IMG/VR virus record: IMGVR_UViG_3300001782_000005 | Location: 62,001-126,000 of that record | DNA length: 64,000 bases | Direction: 5' to 3' (one strand) | Part shown: positions 9,652-17,631 of the stretch, piece by piece | Numbering within the stretch: position 1 is the first letter of the stretch | Layout of the letters: each line of letters starts with the position of its first letter | Made by a program: the position numbers and the translations under genes | Notes under the pieces: generated by a model | What the model saw: the letters and a program-made list of their open reading frames with translations, nothing else | Database searches by the model: none | What the model was told of the DNA's origin: nothing

Positions 9652-10036
9652 GTGGATTCTCCCTCATAGGTCTTATATTATGTCTCCTCATAAGTTCAAT
9701 AATAAATTCCGATAATTCCGTTTCAATCATATCATCAAATACTTCAATACCACAACCAAGGTTTGCTTTTAGCAACCTAACAAATAAAGAAACTAAATCA
9801 ACCGGGTGAACATCATCCTCGATTCTTCCATTTTTATCTTTAACAATACTAATCTGTCCATCCTTAGATATTAGCATCACATCAACAAACTCAACAGCAT
9901 CTACCATTCCATATATACTAAGTATATTCAAAAATAATTCCCTAGGAGTAAGTTCCTGTGGGATCTCTCCCTTTGAATCTCTAACCCTATGCCTTAAACT
10001 AGGAAATTCAGATAAAATACCTTCCGTCGAAACCAT
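9629..10036 (-). CDS. paralog of 9199..9651
   Basis: Similar C-termini GCGIEVFDDMIETELSEFIIELMRRHNI vs GLNVGFFEDAVTKEIREAIVEVLLRHRV. Confidence 0.45.
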   Translation of the reverse strand: MVSTEGILSEFPSLRHRVRDSKGEIPQELTPRELFLNILSIYGMVDAVEFVDVMLISKDGQISIVKDKNGRIEDDVHPVDLVSLFVRLLKANLGCGIEVFDDMIETELSEFIIELMRRHNIRPMRENPHGKKENL

Positions 10037-10859
10037 TCTCTACTCCTTTATAATTCATTGCAATTGCTTCAGATGTATGAATAGATTCTTCATGTGTACA
10101 TTTCACAATCCAATCATAAATATCTTCCCTCTTATTTAACTCATTTGAAATTGCTCTAATCGCATCCTCAACGAACATTGGATTACTTGCGGCAATCCTA
10201 GCAATTTCCTGTTCATCCACTCGTTTAATAACTGGGTAAGGTAGAGTAAGAACAGCTTTTTCAATTGTCTCAATTATATCTTCTAACCAAACGTAATTTG
10301 GTTCTATTGTCTCAATTAATACGTCAGCAAATGATCTTTGAGCATGAGGATAACCAAGTGAATCTTTGTCACCTAAATCTGAACATAACTCTGCTGAGCA
10401 TGGGCAATAAGATGAATATTGAACTCTAATACCTTGAAAAAATCTAAATTCTCCGTTATTCAATTGTCCCTCAAACTTACAATTATAATAAATAGGAAAT
10501 TCATTGTCCGATACTGGAGATTTTCTCAAAACTGGAAGTTTAAACTCAAACTTCATAAAACTAGAAGTTGACCCAATATTATCTTTTAGATTTATAAGAA
10601 TCTCATTGATTAGAAAATGTTTCAACGGTCGCCTCAAGTATGGCTTTAGCGTAAGCAGGAGTCGAGACATTGATATCCCTCTGGTATTATCCTCTAGGTC
10701 GGTTCTCATTGAGACTTTTGCAACCATCTCACGGAACCCTCCAAATTTTGATTCAAGCATGAAGGGAACTTCAACGTTCTCGACTCCCACTTGATAAATT
10801 GGTATTTTAATTGCTGGTTCTGTACATTGAATATCCGGTAACTCACAAGTTTTATCCAA
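10008..10859 (-). CDS. folE2: GTP cyclohydrolase IB (FolE2)
   Basis: LPDIQ, RGISMSR, CPCS, HAQRS, KRVDE, NPMFVED, EESIH motifs. Confidence 0.92.
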   Translation of the reverse strand: MDKTCELPDIQCTEPAIKIPIYQVGVENVEVPFMLESKFGGFREMVAKVSMRTDLEDNTRGISMSRLLLTLKPYLRRPLKHFLINEILINLKDNIGSTSSFMKFEFKLPVLRKSPVSDNEFPIYYNCKFEGQLNNGEFRFFQGIRVQYSSYCPCSAELCSDLGDKDSLGYPHAQRSFADVLIETIEPNYVWLEDIIETIEKAVLTLPYPVIKRVDEQEIARIAASNPMFVEDAIRAISNELNKREDIYDWIVKCTHEESIHTSEAIAMNYKGVENGFDGRYFI

Positions 10860-10860
10860 T

Positions 10861-11751
10861 TTACCCTCCTGCTACATAGCTGCCAATTCTTTTTCGAAGA
10901 ACTTTTGGAACTTCTTTATACTTTTTAAACTGGCCAATTACTTCATTCATGTCACTGATATATGACCAAACCCTCGGACTATGATCCATATTATAAACAA
11001 GTTCTCCGTACCTTTTCTCACCGTGAAGGAGTTTCTCTGTATCCTCTTCATCAGTTTTTCCTGACTCAAGAAGACTATTGATAAATTTTGTTTGGGTGTT
11101 AATTGTTCTCTTATGACCTTCAATTACTTGGTGTATATCAGTTAGAATACAATTCTCATATCTATCATCATACGGTTTTCCATTCTTATGATGAACCTGA
11201 GTTCCGGTACCCTTTCCGTTTCTAAATATCCAATCAAGATTATGCTTAAAATTGAAGATTAGCATAAATCTTGAAATTAATAAAGTTCCATATGGAGTCT
11301 CAGTCCCAGGAGGGAAATCTCTCCTTGTGTCAATACATTGTATTTTTCCCCCCGCAGTTCTTACTTTAAATCTACATATATCAATACAATCTGGAACTGG
11401 AGGAATTTTGCCAAGTGCACAAGTCGGACATTTGTCTGGAAACTGTATATACCAGTAGAAGAGTCCTTCTAAAATACAGTCAACATAAGGAAGGATATTA
11501 TAACTATCTTCTTTCCGAGGTTTCTTATATAGATCAAGAGGATGCTCCCAATCTAACCACACTTCTTTTGGTAATACTTTAAAACCTAAGCAAAACCGAC
11601 ACTTTTTATTACTAGGATCTACTCCTTTTCCGTCACATATATAACACTCGATAAAACCAAAAGACCTTGGTTCTGCCTGGATAAGAGGAAGATGTTTCTG
11701 TATATTAGAAGACCTTAACTTTTCCTGAGCATCTTGTAGCGCTATATTCAT
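10861..11751 (-). CDS. Zn-finger plus HNH endonuclease-like protein
   Basis: CxxCxGxG repeats; VHHKNGKPYDDRYENC HNH-like motif. Confidence 0.6.
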   Translation of the reverse strand: MNIALQDAQEKLRSSNIQKHLPLIQAEPRSFGFIECYICDGKGVDPSNKKCRFCLGFKVLPKEVWLDWEHPLDLYKKPRKEDSYNILPYVDCILEGLFYWYIQFPDKCPTCALGKIPPVPDCIDICRFKVRTAGGKIQCIDTRRDFPPGTETPYGTLLISRFMLIFNFKHNLDWIFRNGKGTGTQVHHKNGKPYDDRYENCILTDIHQVIEGHKRTINTQTKFINSLLESGKTDEEDTEKLLHGEKRYGELVYNMDHSPRVWSYISDMNEVIGQFKKYKEVPKVLRKRIGSYVAGG

Positions 11752-11954
11752 TTTTCAGTTCCCTCCCTCTTCATTGGTACCAGCCCAAGTCCTTCACATT
11801 TAGTACATCTATCAGATTCTTCCTTCAAAGAACTTCCATAACCATTACAATGGTCACATTGAGTAAATCCAAATCTTTCGGGATCAATCATTAATTTAAA
11901 TGGAGATGGTTTACTCATAACAATTTCTCCTTTCCTTTCCTTATTCTCTCCCAT
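11748..11954 (-). CDS. small DnaJ-type zinc-finger protein
   Basis: CDHCNGYG...CTKCEGLG. Confidence 0.55.
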   Translation of the reverse strand: MGENKERKGEIVMSKPSPFKLMIDPERFGFTQCDHCNGYGSSLKEESDRCTKCEGLGLVPMKREGTEK

Positions 11955-12157
11955 ATTTCTATAACGTGTAATTGCTCTCTATTTATTTCCTCACTCAACT
12001 GATGGTCAACTTCAAACGAACCATCTACATATCCATCCTGAGGAGGAAGAGCAGTTCTATCATCCTCAGCAATTTCTATTGCTTCCTCAAGGGTATTTGC
12101 ATTGATTTCTAATTCACCATAGACTTGCCATGTGCAGGCGATCTTAAAGGTAGGCAT
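11915..12157 (-). CDS. hypothetical phage protein
   Basis: GGAG RBS; I.ANTLEEA.E.A pattern seen in small phage proteins. Confidence 0.55.
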   Translation of the reverse strand: MPTFKIACTWQVYGELEINANTLEEAIEIAEDDRTALPPQDGYVDGSFEVDHQLSEEINREQLHVIEIWERIRKGKEKLL

Positions 12158-12211
12158 TTGACTCCTAAATTATTGATTTTGTTGAGTATTCTAAATTTTA
12201 AAATTTGAAAT

Positions 12212-12509
12212 AAAAGGAGGGCTCCAAATAGCAGCCGGAAGTGTTGGTTTGCCTGAGAGAAGGCAACACTTGTTGACCCGGATTTTTCATACCCTTTAAT
12301 CTTGTTGACTTGAATCTTAAGGGGCCCATGGTATTTACCCTCGGTGGGAGCCGAGTTAGTCTTGACTATCTACCTCCTCTAATAGGACCGGTAGACTGAG
12401 TCTTGAATCTTGAAAGGTCTATTTATCAGCTCCTATGCTGGTGCCTAAATAACGTTTTAGACAAACGCTCTCATACTACCTAGATTACGCCACCGAAGCC
12501 CAACTCCTT
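12212..12509 (-). ncRNA. candidate ~300-nt structured ncRNA
   Basis: Ends pair (AAGGAG/CTCCTT and GGGCTTC/GGAGCCC); internal stems CTACC/GGTAG, CTCGG/CCGAG, AAGTGTTG/CAACACTT; six CAAG motifs; U-tract after the closing stem. Confidence 0.7.
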
Positions 12510-13058
12510 TTAATCCAGTAATGGGGTTGTAGCATTAATGACCTCTAGACGTGCACTAATATTGTCGAAGAGATCATTCCAAACTCTTAGTTGTTTATTT
12601 TTCTCCTTTTCATCATACATATGCTCAACTCGTAGGGTTTCTCCAGCTGCAACATGAGCTCCTCTCATGCCCATCTGACCCAATCTAGTTTGAGCATAAT
12701 TTATATTTAGTGCTTCATAGGTTCCTGTAATGAGATTCTTCATAGATCTGTCAAGAAATAGAAGATCACTAATTGTATATTCTACTCCCTGGATCTCTAC
12801 AATTGTTTGTAAATTTGTTCTTTCAATTCTATTTTTTAACTTGAGGGCCTCCTTATGGAGATCAATATTGGATTGGATAAGCGCTTGTACCTCTTTCTTC
12901 TGAGACTTTTCATCTCCAAAAAGGGGTCGTTCATTTGAAACAATAGAGGCATATTGATTAATACTTCGAATATTGCTTTCCATCCTCTTCTGAATAACTC
13001 CTAATCTTTTTAACCCCTCAACTATCATCATTGGTCTCTCTTCTTGTTTTTCCGTCAT
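12510..13058 (-). CDS. DIP1984-like coiled-coil protein
   Basis: IVEGLKRL..IQKR...IERTNLQT...TISDLL...ISARLEVINATT pattern; likely start MMIVE. Confidence 0.6.
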   Translation of the reverse strand: MTEKQEERPMMIVEGLKRLGVIQKRMESNIRSINQYASIVSNERPLFGDEKSQKKEVQALIQSNIDLHKEALKLKNRIERTNLQTIVEIQGVEYTISDLLFLDRSMKNLITGTYEALNINYAQTRLGQMGMRGAHVAAGETLRVEHMYDEKEKNKQLRVWNDLFDNISARLEVINATTPLLD

Positions 13059-13512
13059 CCTTCCCTCCGATCTGCTTGCTTTTATATTTGGTCCCGAACT
13101 TCTCCTCCCAGTAGTCCAAACCCTTACAAATCATCCCCCACAAAAAGGTTTTATTTGTTGGTATACCATTCCTCATGAATTGGCGTTCGAGTTGCTCAAG
13201 GTATTCATCCCTAACATAGTTAACTTCACAAGTTGGACAATGAATTACTTTAACAGCTTTGAGAGTCATCGTCCCTTCAATAACAGGCACATCAATGGAC
13301 CTTCTTCGTGCTTCATGTGGTCCCCCAGGACATTGACATTTTTTAACTGTTAATTTTACCTTTTCTCCCTTCTCAAATACCTTTAAGAATGGACTTTCAC
13401 ACTCATGGTCATGAACATAAAGAGATATCTCGCCTTTTACATGGTTGATTGTTGCATCAGTAATAAATAAGTCTTCACCACAATTACATTTCACCTTATA
13501 TTCAATTTTCAT
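13018..13512 (-). CDS. zinc-ribbon protein (YgiT/MqsA-type finger)
   Basis: CNCG...HDHEC and CQC...VIHCPTCEVNY. Confidence 0.55.
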   Translation of the reverse strand: MKIEYKVKCNCGEDLFITDATINHVKGEISLYVHDHECESPFLKVFEKGEKVKLTVKKCQCPGGPHEARRRSIDVPVIEGTMTLKAVKVIHCPTCEVNYVRDEYLEQLERQFMRNGIPTNKTFLWGMICKGLDYWEEKFGTKYKSKQIGGKDDGKTRRETNDDS

Positions 13513-13524
13513 TAATTTCTCCTA

Positions 13525-14508
13525 TGATTCACTAGAGAATGCTGGATTACTTTTTTTGCCTTGGTTCACTTTTTATAATAGGTTTCTAGGCTACAGAGGT
13601 TCACTAATTGGGGTTGGTTTTAGTAACACCCCCGGTTCACTATATATTGCTGGTTTTTTGGTTGTGTGTGCTGGTTCACTCTACATCTGTGGACTTCTAT
13701 CTGCAGTTGGTTCACTACTACCACACGGTTTTCTTAATTTTGTTGGTTCACTTGGCACTGTAGGTTAACTGCGGTCGTCTGGTTCACTTTGGTCGTATGG
13801 TCTCCTGGGACATCACGGTTCACTAATTTATACTGGATTCTTCTATGTCATGGTTCACTGTTTTACAATGGGTTCCTTTCATCGAAAGGTTCACTAATCA
13901 GTGGTGATTAATTTTCGTGCCTCAGGTCCACTATTATCATCTGGTTTTCTCACCCCGACGTGGTTCACTTTCGTTTTTTGAATACTGATGTCTTCTGGTT
14001 CACTACCTTAACCTGGTTTTCTTTGGGCCCCTTTGGTTCACTTATACTACTGGTTTACTATACTACATTGGTTCACTCCACTCAGGTGGTTTACTGCAGG
14101 CATGTGGTTCACTCCTCAACATCGAATCCTTAGTCTATACTGGTTCACTTTGCCCGTCAGAATTTTTACATCGAGTTGGTTCACTGCGTTGCGATGGGTT
14201 ACTCCACCAATCTGGTTCACTTAAGAGTAGTGGTTTCTAATCAGTAGTGGTTCACTCTCTATTGTTGAGTTTTTTAACATATTCTGGTACACTCGTTTAA
14301 ACTGATTTCTTTGCCTTCCTGGTTCACTATTGGGTCCTGAGTATTTTTGCGTCTGGTTCACTTCCTCCGCCTAGGGTTAGTGGATAGCATTGGTTCACTC
14401 GGCATCGTTGGAATAATCTAAGATACTGGTTCACTAAAACTGACTGGTTTTTCTTTTCAAAGTTGGTTCACTCCCGATATTTGGTTTACTGTTATGGGCT
14501 GGTCCACT
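13525..14508 (-). repeat. TIGR-type tandem interspaced guide RNA array: 27 units of ~36 nt with two repeats and two ~9-nt spacers per unit
   Basis: GGTTCACT (3 variant forms) at 28 positions from 13526 to 14501, spacing 34-39 nt (mean ~36). On the minus strand: edge AGTGAACCA, degenerate loop repeat ~AGWAAACCA, unique spacers. Confidence 0.88.
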
Positions 14509-14766
14509 CATAATGTTGAGCAATCTTTCTGCATTTTCCAGATTTGACATACTTTTTATATTTTCATAATCCTTCTCAACTTGCTCTAGTAAATTTCTCA
14601 AGATCTTCATAAGCATAGGTCTTGTAACTGGATGTGGATGTTCCATATGATTATGAACTAATTTTCCTTCGCCATTTATTGCTACAATAATATTTATAAC
14701 TTTTACTGTATGTGCATTGTTTAGATTATCACGAAAAATATCTATATGAGGCTCTTTCTCTATCAT
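14434..14766 (-). CDS. hypothetical 110-aa protein whose 3' end reads into the array
   Basis: Start moved to MIEKE (AAGGA RBS) because the upstream part of the ORF is tRNA-His. Confidence 0.5.
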   Translation of the reverse strand: MIEKEPHIDIFRDNLNNAHTVKVINIIVAINGEGKLVHNHMEHPHPVTRPMLMKILRNLLEQVEKDYENIKSMSNLENAERLLNIMSGPAHNSKPNIGSEPTLKRKTSQF

Positions 14767-14779
14767 TGACTTCCTTTTC

Positions 14780-14859
14780 TGGGGTGTCGGGTGGGAATCG
14801 AACCCACGCTCAACAGGGGCCACAACCCTGCGCCCTTATCCAATTCGGGCCACCGACAC
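14780..14859 (-). tRNA. tRNA-His(GUG)
   Basis: Acceptor GTGTCGG/CCGACAC, C73, CCA; anticodon arm CAGGG-TTGTGGC-CCCTG. Confidence 0.93.
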
Positions 14860-15378
14860 TTATTCTACTGCATTCTTCCAGTCCGAAACTAGCTTCTTAT
14901 GATTCAATATATCTATCTCACATTTCGGGCAGTTTACACCATGTTCATCCAAACTTCTTAAGACATCTTCTAGTGCTTTATTTCTGTTCCTCAATTTCCG
15001 AAAAGCTGCCATAGGATTTGCTACTGGACAATCTTCCTCATGCCCATAAGAATCACACCTTTCAAGACACTCCATGTCTTCACTAGTATCCGTCAGATAC
15101 TGTTTAAGAATATCCAATTCTTTCTTCAATTTACTCATTGGATGTTTTGGGCATATCTCAATATGTTGTTTTAAAACTTCTGCCATAGAAACAGGTACTT
15201 CATCCTTCGGCCCATACCTATGACCACAATATACACAATTAACATACATTCCAGACTGAAGATCGTTTATCCATTGTTGTATCTGACTAACTTCATTTTT
15301 CCAGTCTCTAAGGATATCATAAACCATATCCCCAGAAGTTCCCCTTTCGGCTAATTTATACCACTCTTCAATATTCAT
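14860..15378 (-). CDS. zinc-binding hypothetical protein
   Basis: CVYCG...HIEICPKHP and CPKC motifs; start moved to MNIEEW behind GAGG. Confidence 0.6.
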   Translation of the reverse strand: MNIEEWYKLAERGTSGDMVYDILRDWKNEVSQIQQWINDLQSGMYVNCVYCGHRYGPKDEVPVSMAEVLKQHIEICPKHPMSKLKKELDILKQYLTDTSEDMECLERCDSYGHEEDCPVANPMAAFRKLRNRNKALEDVLRSLDEHGVNCPKCEIDILNHKKLVSDWKNAVE

Positions 15379-15398
15379 AATATCCTCTCTTATAGGGA

Positions 15399-15529
15399 CC
15401 TTGCCTAGCTTGTCAGCAACCTGCCGGTTCATCCGTTTTATCTCTCGGTCAGTGGGGGGTACCAATTCCCACCTAGCAGGATACTCCTTCCCCAGACTTT
15501 TTCACTGGCCTCTAACAAGCATGGCAAGG
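15399..15529 (-). ncRNA. candidate rod-like structured RNA
   Basis: CCTTGCC/GGCAAGG and GCTTGTTAG/CTGACAAGC closing helices; internal CCTGC/GCAGG, GTGGG/CCCAC, CCAG/CTGG. Confidence 0.55.
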
Positions 15530-15536
15530 AGGCGCC

Positions 15537-15749
15537 TCAGTTAAAAATTAAATCTAAAATGTCTTCAGCTGCTTTATTTCGAGTATCATAATCAGTTATT
15601 CCATACCGATCATGAAGAAGCATCGCAACATTGCTAACGTATGCAATTTTAAGACCCTCATCTTTTTTAAGAGCATCTCTTATTGTCTTTCTTGCTTCTG
15701 CTATTTTATTCACATATTTCTCCTTAGAAAAATTGGCCGGGAGTTGCAT
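15537..15749 (-). CDS. hypothetical protein
   Basis: Likely true start is the GTG of (V)NKIAEARK after AAGGAG. Confidence 0.55.
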   Translation of the reverse strand: MQLPANFSKEKYVNKIAEARKTIRDALKKDEGLKIAYVSNVAMLLHDRYGITDYDTRNKAAEDILDLIFN

Positions 15750-15793
15750 TACCCAGACAGAGCTCCCGGACGTGCTGGGTCACGCCTGGCCAA
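15733..15793 (-). ncRNA. three-way-junction RNA with kissing loops (candidate leader or ncRNA)
   Basis: P1 TTGGCC/GGCCAA, P2 GGCGTG/CACGTC with loop ACCCAG, P3 CGGGAG/CTCCCG with loop containing CTGGGT. Confidence 0.55.
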
Positions 15794-15797
15794 GATG

Positions 15798-15920
15798 TTA
15801 GCAATATGGACAATACCACTGAGGACTGAACCTCTTACAGCGATCACAATATGTATAATGGCCCGTAAGTGAAAGTTCTAATTTCCTAAGTAGTCTGCCC
15901 AACCAACTTAGTTCATGCAT
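15798..15920 (-). CDS. 40-aa zinc-ribbon microprotein
   Basis: MHELSWLGRLLRKLELSLTGHYTYCDRCKRFSPQWYCPYC; start overlaps HNH stop. Confidence 0.45.
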   Translation of the reverse strand: MHELSWLGRLLRKLELSLTGHYTYCDRCKRFSPQWYCPYC

Positions 15921-16449
15921 CGCTTTCCATTTTCGAGCACTCACGCCATATCTCCTTAAGTAAGTCATGAATTCCATATTCCTTCATTCTTAACGTAAGA
16001 AATTCAGAAATAGTTGGTTGATATGGTTGCTTCTTTGGATATATATTTGCCTCTCTTGGAGATCTGTCCCCCTTCTTGTTATTACAGTCTTTACAAGAAG
16101 TTAGACAGTTATCAAAATTGTTTTGACCTCCACGAGATTTTGGGATCATGTGATCTATTGTTAAATTTCCTCTGTCTGTGCTACCGCAGTATTGACAAGT
16201 CCAATTATCCCTAATCAACACATTCTTTGGTCTAAAAGGGACTTTGTTCTTGTAAATCGAGCGAACCAATTTTAGCAGTCGCAGAATCAGAGGAAGAGTA
16301 ATAACAATAGTTCGCCCAACGTTGGCAATTTGGCGGTCACCGTACTTCAAAACTTCTACTTTGTTTTGAATCATTAGGCATACCGCCCTTCGCCAACGAA
16401 GAGTACACAAGTAAGTGTAGTCGGCGTTAAGCAGCAGCACACGTTCCAT
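15913..16449 (-). CDS. HNH endonuclease (McrA-like)
   Basis: VLLLNADY N-terminus; RDNWTCQYCG...TIDHMIPKSRGG...CKDCNNKKG. Confidence 0.92.
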   Translation of the reverse strand: MERVLLLNADYTYLCTLRWRRAVCLMIQNKVEVLKYGDRQIANVGRTIVITLPLILRLLKLVRSIYKNKVPFRPKNVLIRDNWTCQYCGSTDRGNLTIDHMIPKSRGGQNNFDNCLTSCKDCNNKKGDRSPREANIYPKKQPYQPTISEFLTLRMKEYGIHDLLKEIWRECSKMESDA

Positions 16450-16661
16450 AACCCTTACCTCCTTTAGGTATAACTAATGGTTTCACAAATTGGACATTGA
16501 TATACTAACCTCGGTCTCTCTTCTGTTCCAACCCATCTTCTAATTTTCCACATCTTTATTAAACAACTAGAACAGAAGCTTAATTTTACTTCTTTCTTTA
16601 ATATCGTCCAAAAGAATTTAATTCTTACTCTTAAAAATGAAGGTATCATTTTGTCATCCTT

Positions 16662-16736
16662 TGGACACTACGCCTGGATTCGAACCAGGGATCACGGATT
16701 TGCAATCCGTTGCCTTAACCTCTTGGCCACGTAGTG
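16662..16736 (-). tRNA. tRNA-Cys(GCA)
   Basis: Acceptor CACTACG/CGTAGTG, U73, CCA; ACGGA-TTGCAAA-TCCGT. Confidence 0.95.
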
Positions 16737-16740
16737 TATT

Positions 16741-16817
16741 TGGCACGCACGGAGGGACTCGAACCCCCAACCGCAGGTTTTGGAGACCTGTGCTCTTCGC
16801 AATTGAGCTACGTGCGC
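16741..16817 (-). tRNA. tRNA-Trp(CCA)
   Basis: CAGGT-CTCCAAA-ACCTG; TTCGAGT T-loop; CCA end. Confidence 0.93.
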
Positions 16818-16818
16818 A

Positions 16819-17412
16819 CTAAATGTGTGGCATTAGCCTTGCATAGATAAGACCACAAGTTTCAAGGCTAATAATTGCAGTTGTCACATATTCACATGCC
16901 ATTTTTGCTTTTCTGAGATCATCAAAATTGGAATAATTAAAACGACCTGCACACTCAAGTTTAAGTTGAGGTATTCTGTTTAATCCAGAATTGAACAAAC
17001 TAGCGATAAGTCTCTCTCCACACTCAGGACATATCCTCATCGCAAAACATTTATTAAAATAACCCATCTGCTCCCACTTATTTTCAATATTTGTTCTAAC
17101 GTTTTTGTGAACTTTATACTTTTGGAGATTATTCATAGGTCTAGGGCTAGATTTGTAGCTTTCTTTCCATCTTCTGAAGTAAATTTTTACTTCGAATTTA
17201 CAGATTTCTGGTTTTCCACATCTCAAAATAATATGTGCCCACTTCACTTTTTTATTACTAGTATAAGAGAAATCGCTTGACTGTTGTATGCCACTTATTT
17301 TTAAATCCCAACCACAGAAAGGGCAAATAAACACATTGATTGCTCTATGAGAATATGGTTTTGATTTCCATTTATCTTCAACCTTTGTTATTGGAATGAA
17401 TGGATTCGGCAT
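16819..17412 (-). CDS. double zinc-ribbon protein
   Basis: CPFCG and CPECG; the second domain is paralogous to 18783..19076 (WEqM.f.eKC.A.R.CPECGERL). Confidence 0.55.
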   Translation of the reverse strand: MPNPFIPITKVEDKWKSKPYSHRAINVFICPFCGWDLKISGIQQSSDFSYTSNKKVKWAHIILRCGKPEICKFEVKIYFRRWKESYKSSPRPMNNLQKYKVHKNVRTNIENKWEQMGYFNKCFAMRICPECGERLIASLFNSGLNRIPQLKLECAGRFNYSNFDDLRKAKMACEYVTTAIISLETCGLIYARLMPHI

Positions 17413-17631
17413 CTTCTTCCTCAGCTACTCTAAATCCAGTTAGGTCAGCAACTCCGACTACCCCTTTCATTTTTTTAGCAAGATCACTAGGTCCCTTTTC
17501 ACAATCATGGGGTCTGTATATGAAGTTATAACTGGATAAATACATCAGTACAGATTCAAGTGGTTCATTTGTCTCAATTACGTCAGGAAAATTAGCCTGA
17601 CAAAATCTACAACGATAAAAGCAATGTAATT

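Noticed and set aside
13445-14224. Plus-strand ORFs with GSL/WFT periodic repeats (13445..13768, 14033..14224)
   Set aside because: By-products of the 36-nt array: unit lengths of 34-39 nt break the frame repeatedly, and they lie opposite the coding strand.
13525-14508. CRISPR array interpretation
   Set aside because: Repeats are only 8-9 nt, two repeat types alternate, spacers are ~9 nt, and no cas genes are present.
15913-16449. HNH gene as TasH effector of the array
   Set aside because: It looks like a common stand-alone 178-aa HNH protein with no room for a Nop domain; linkage cannot be supported.
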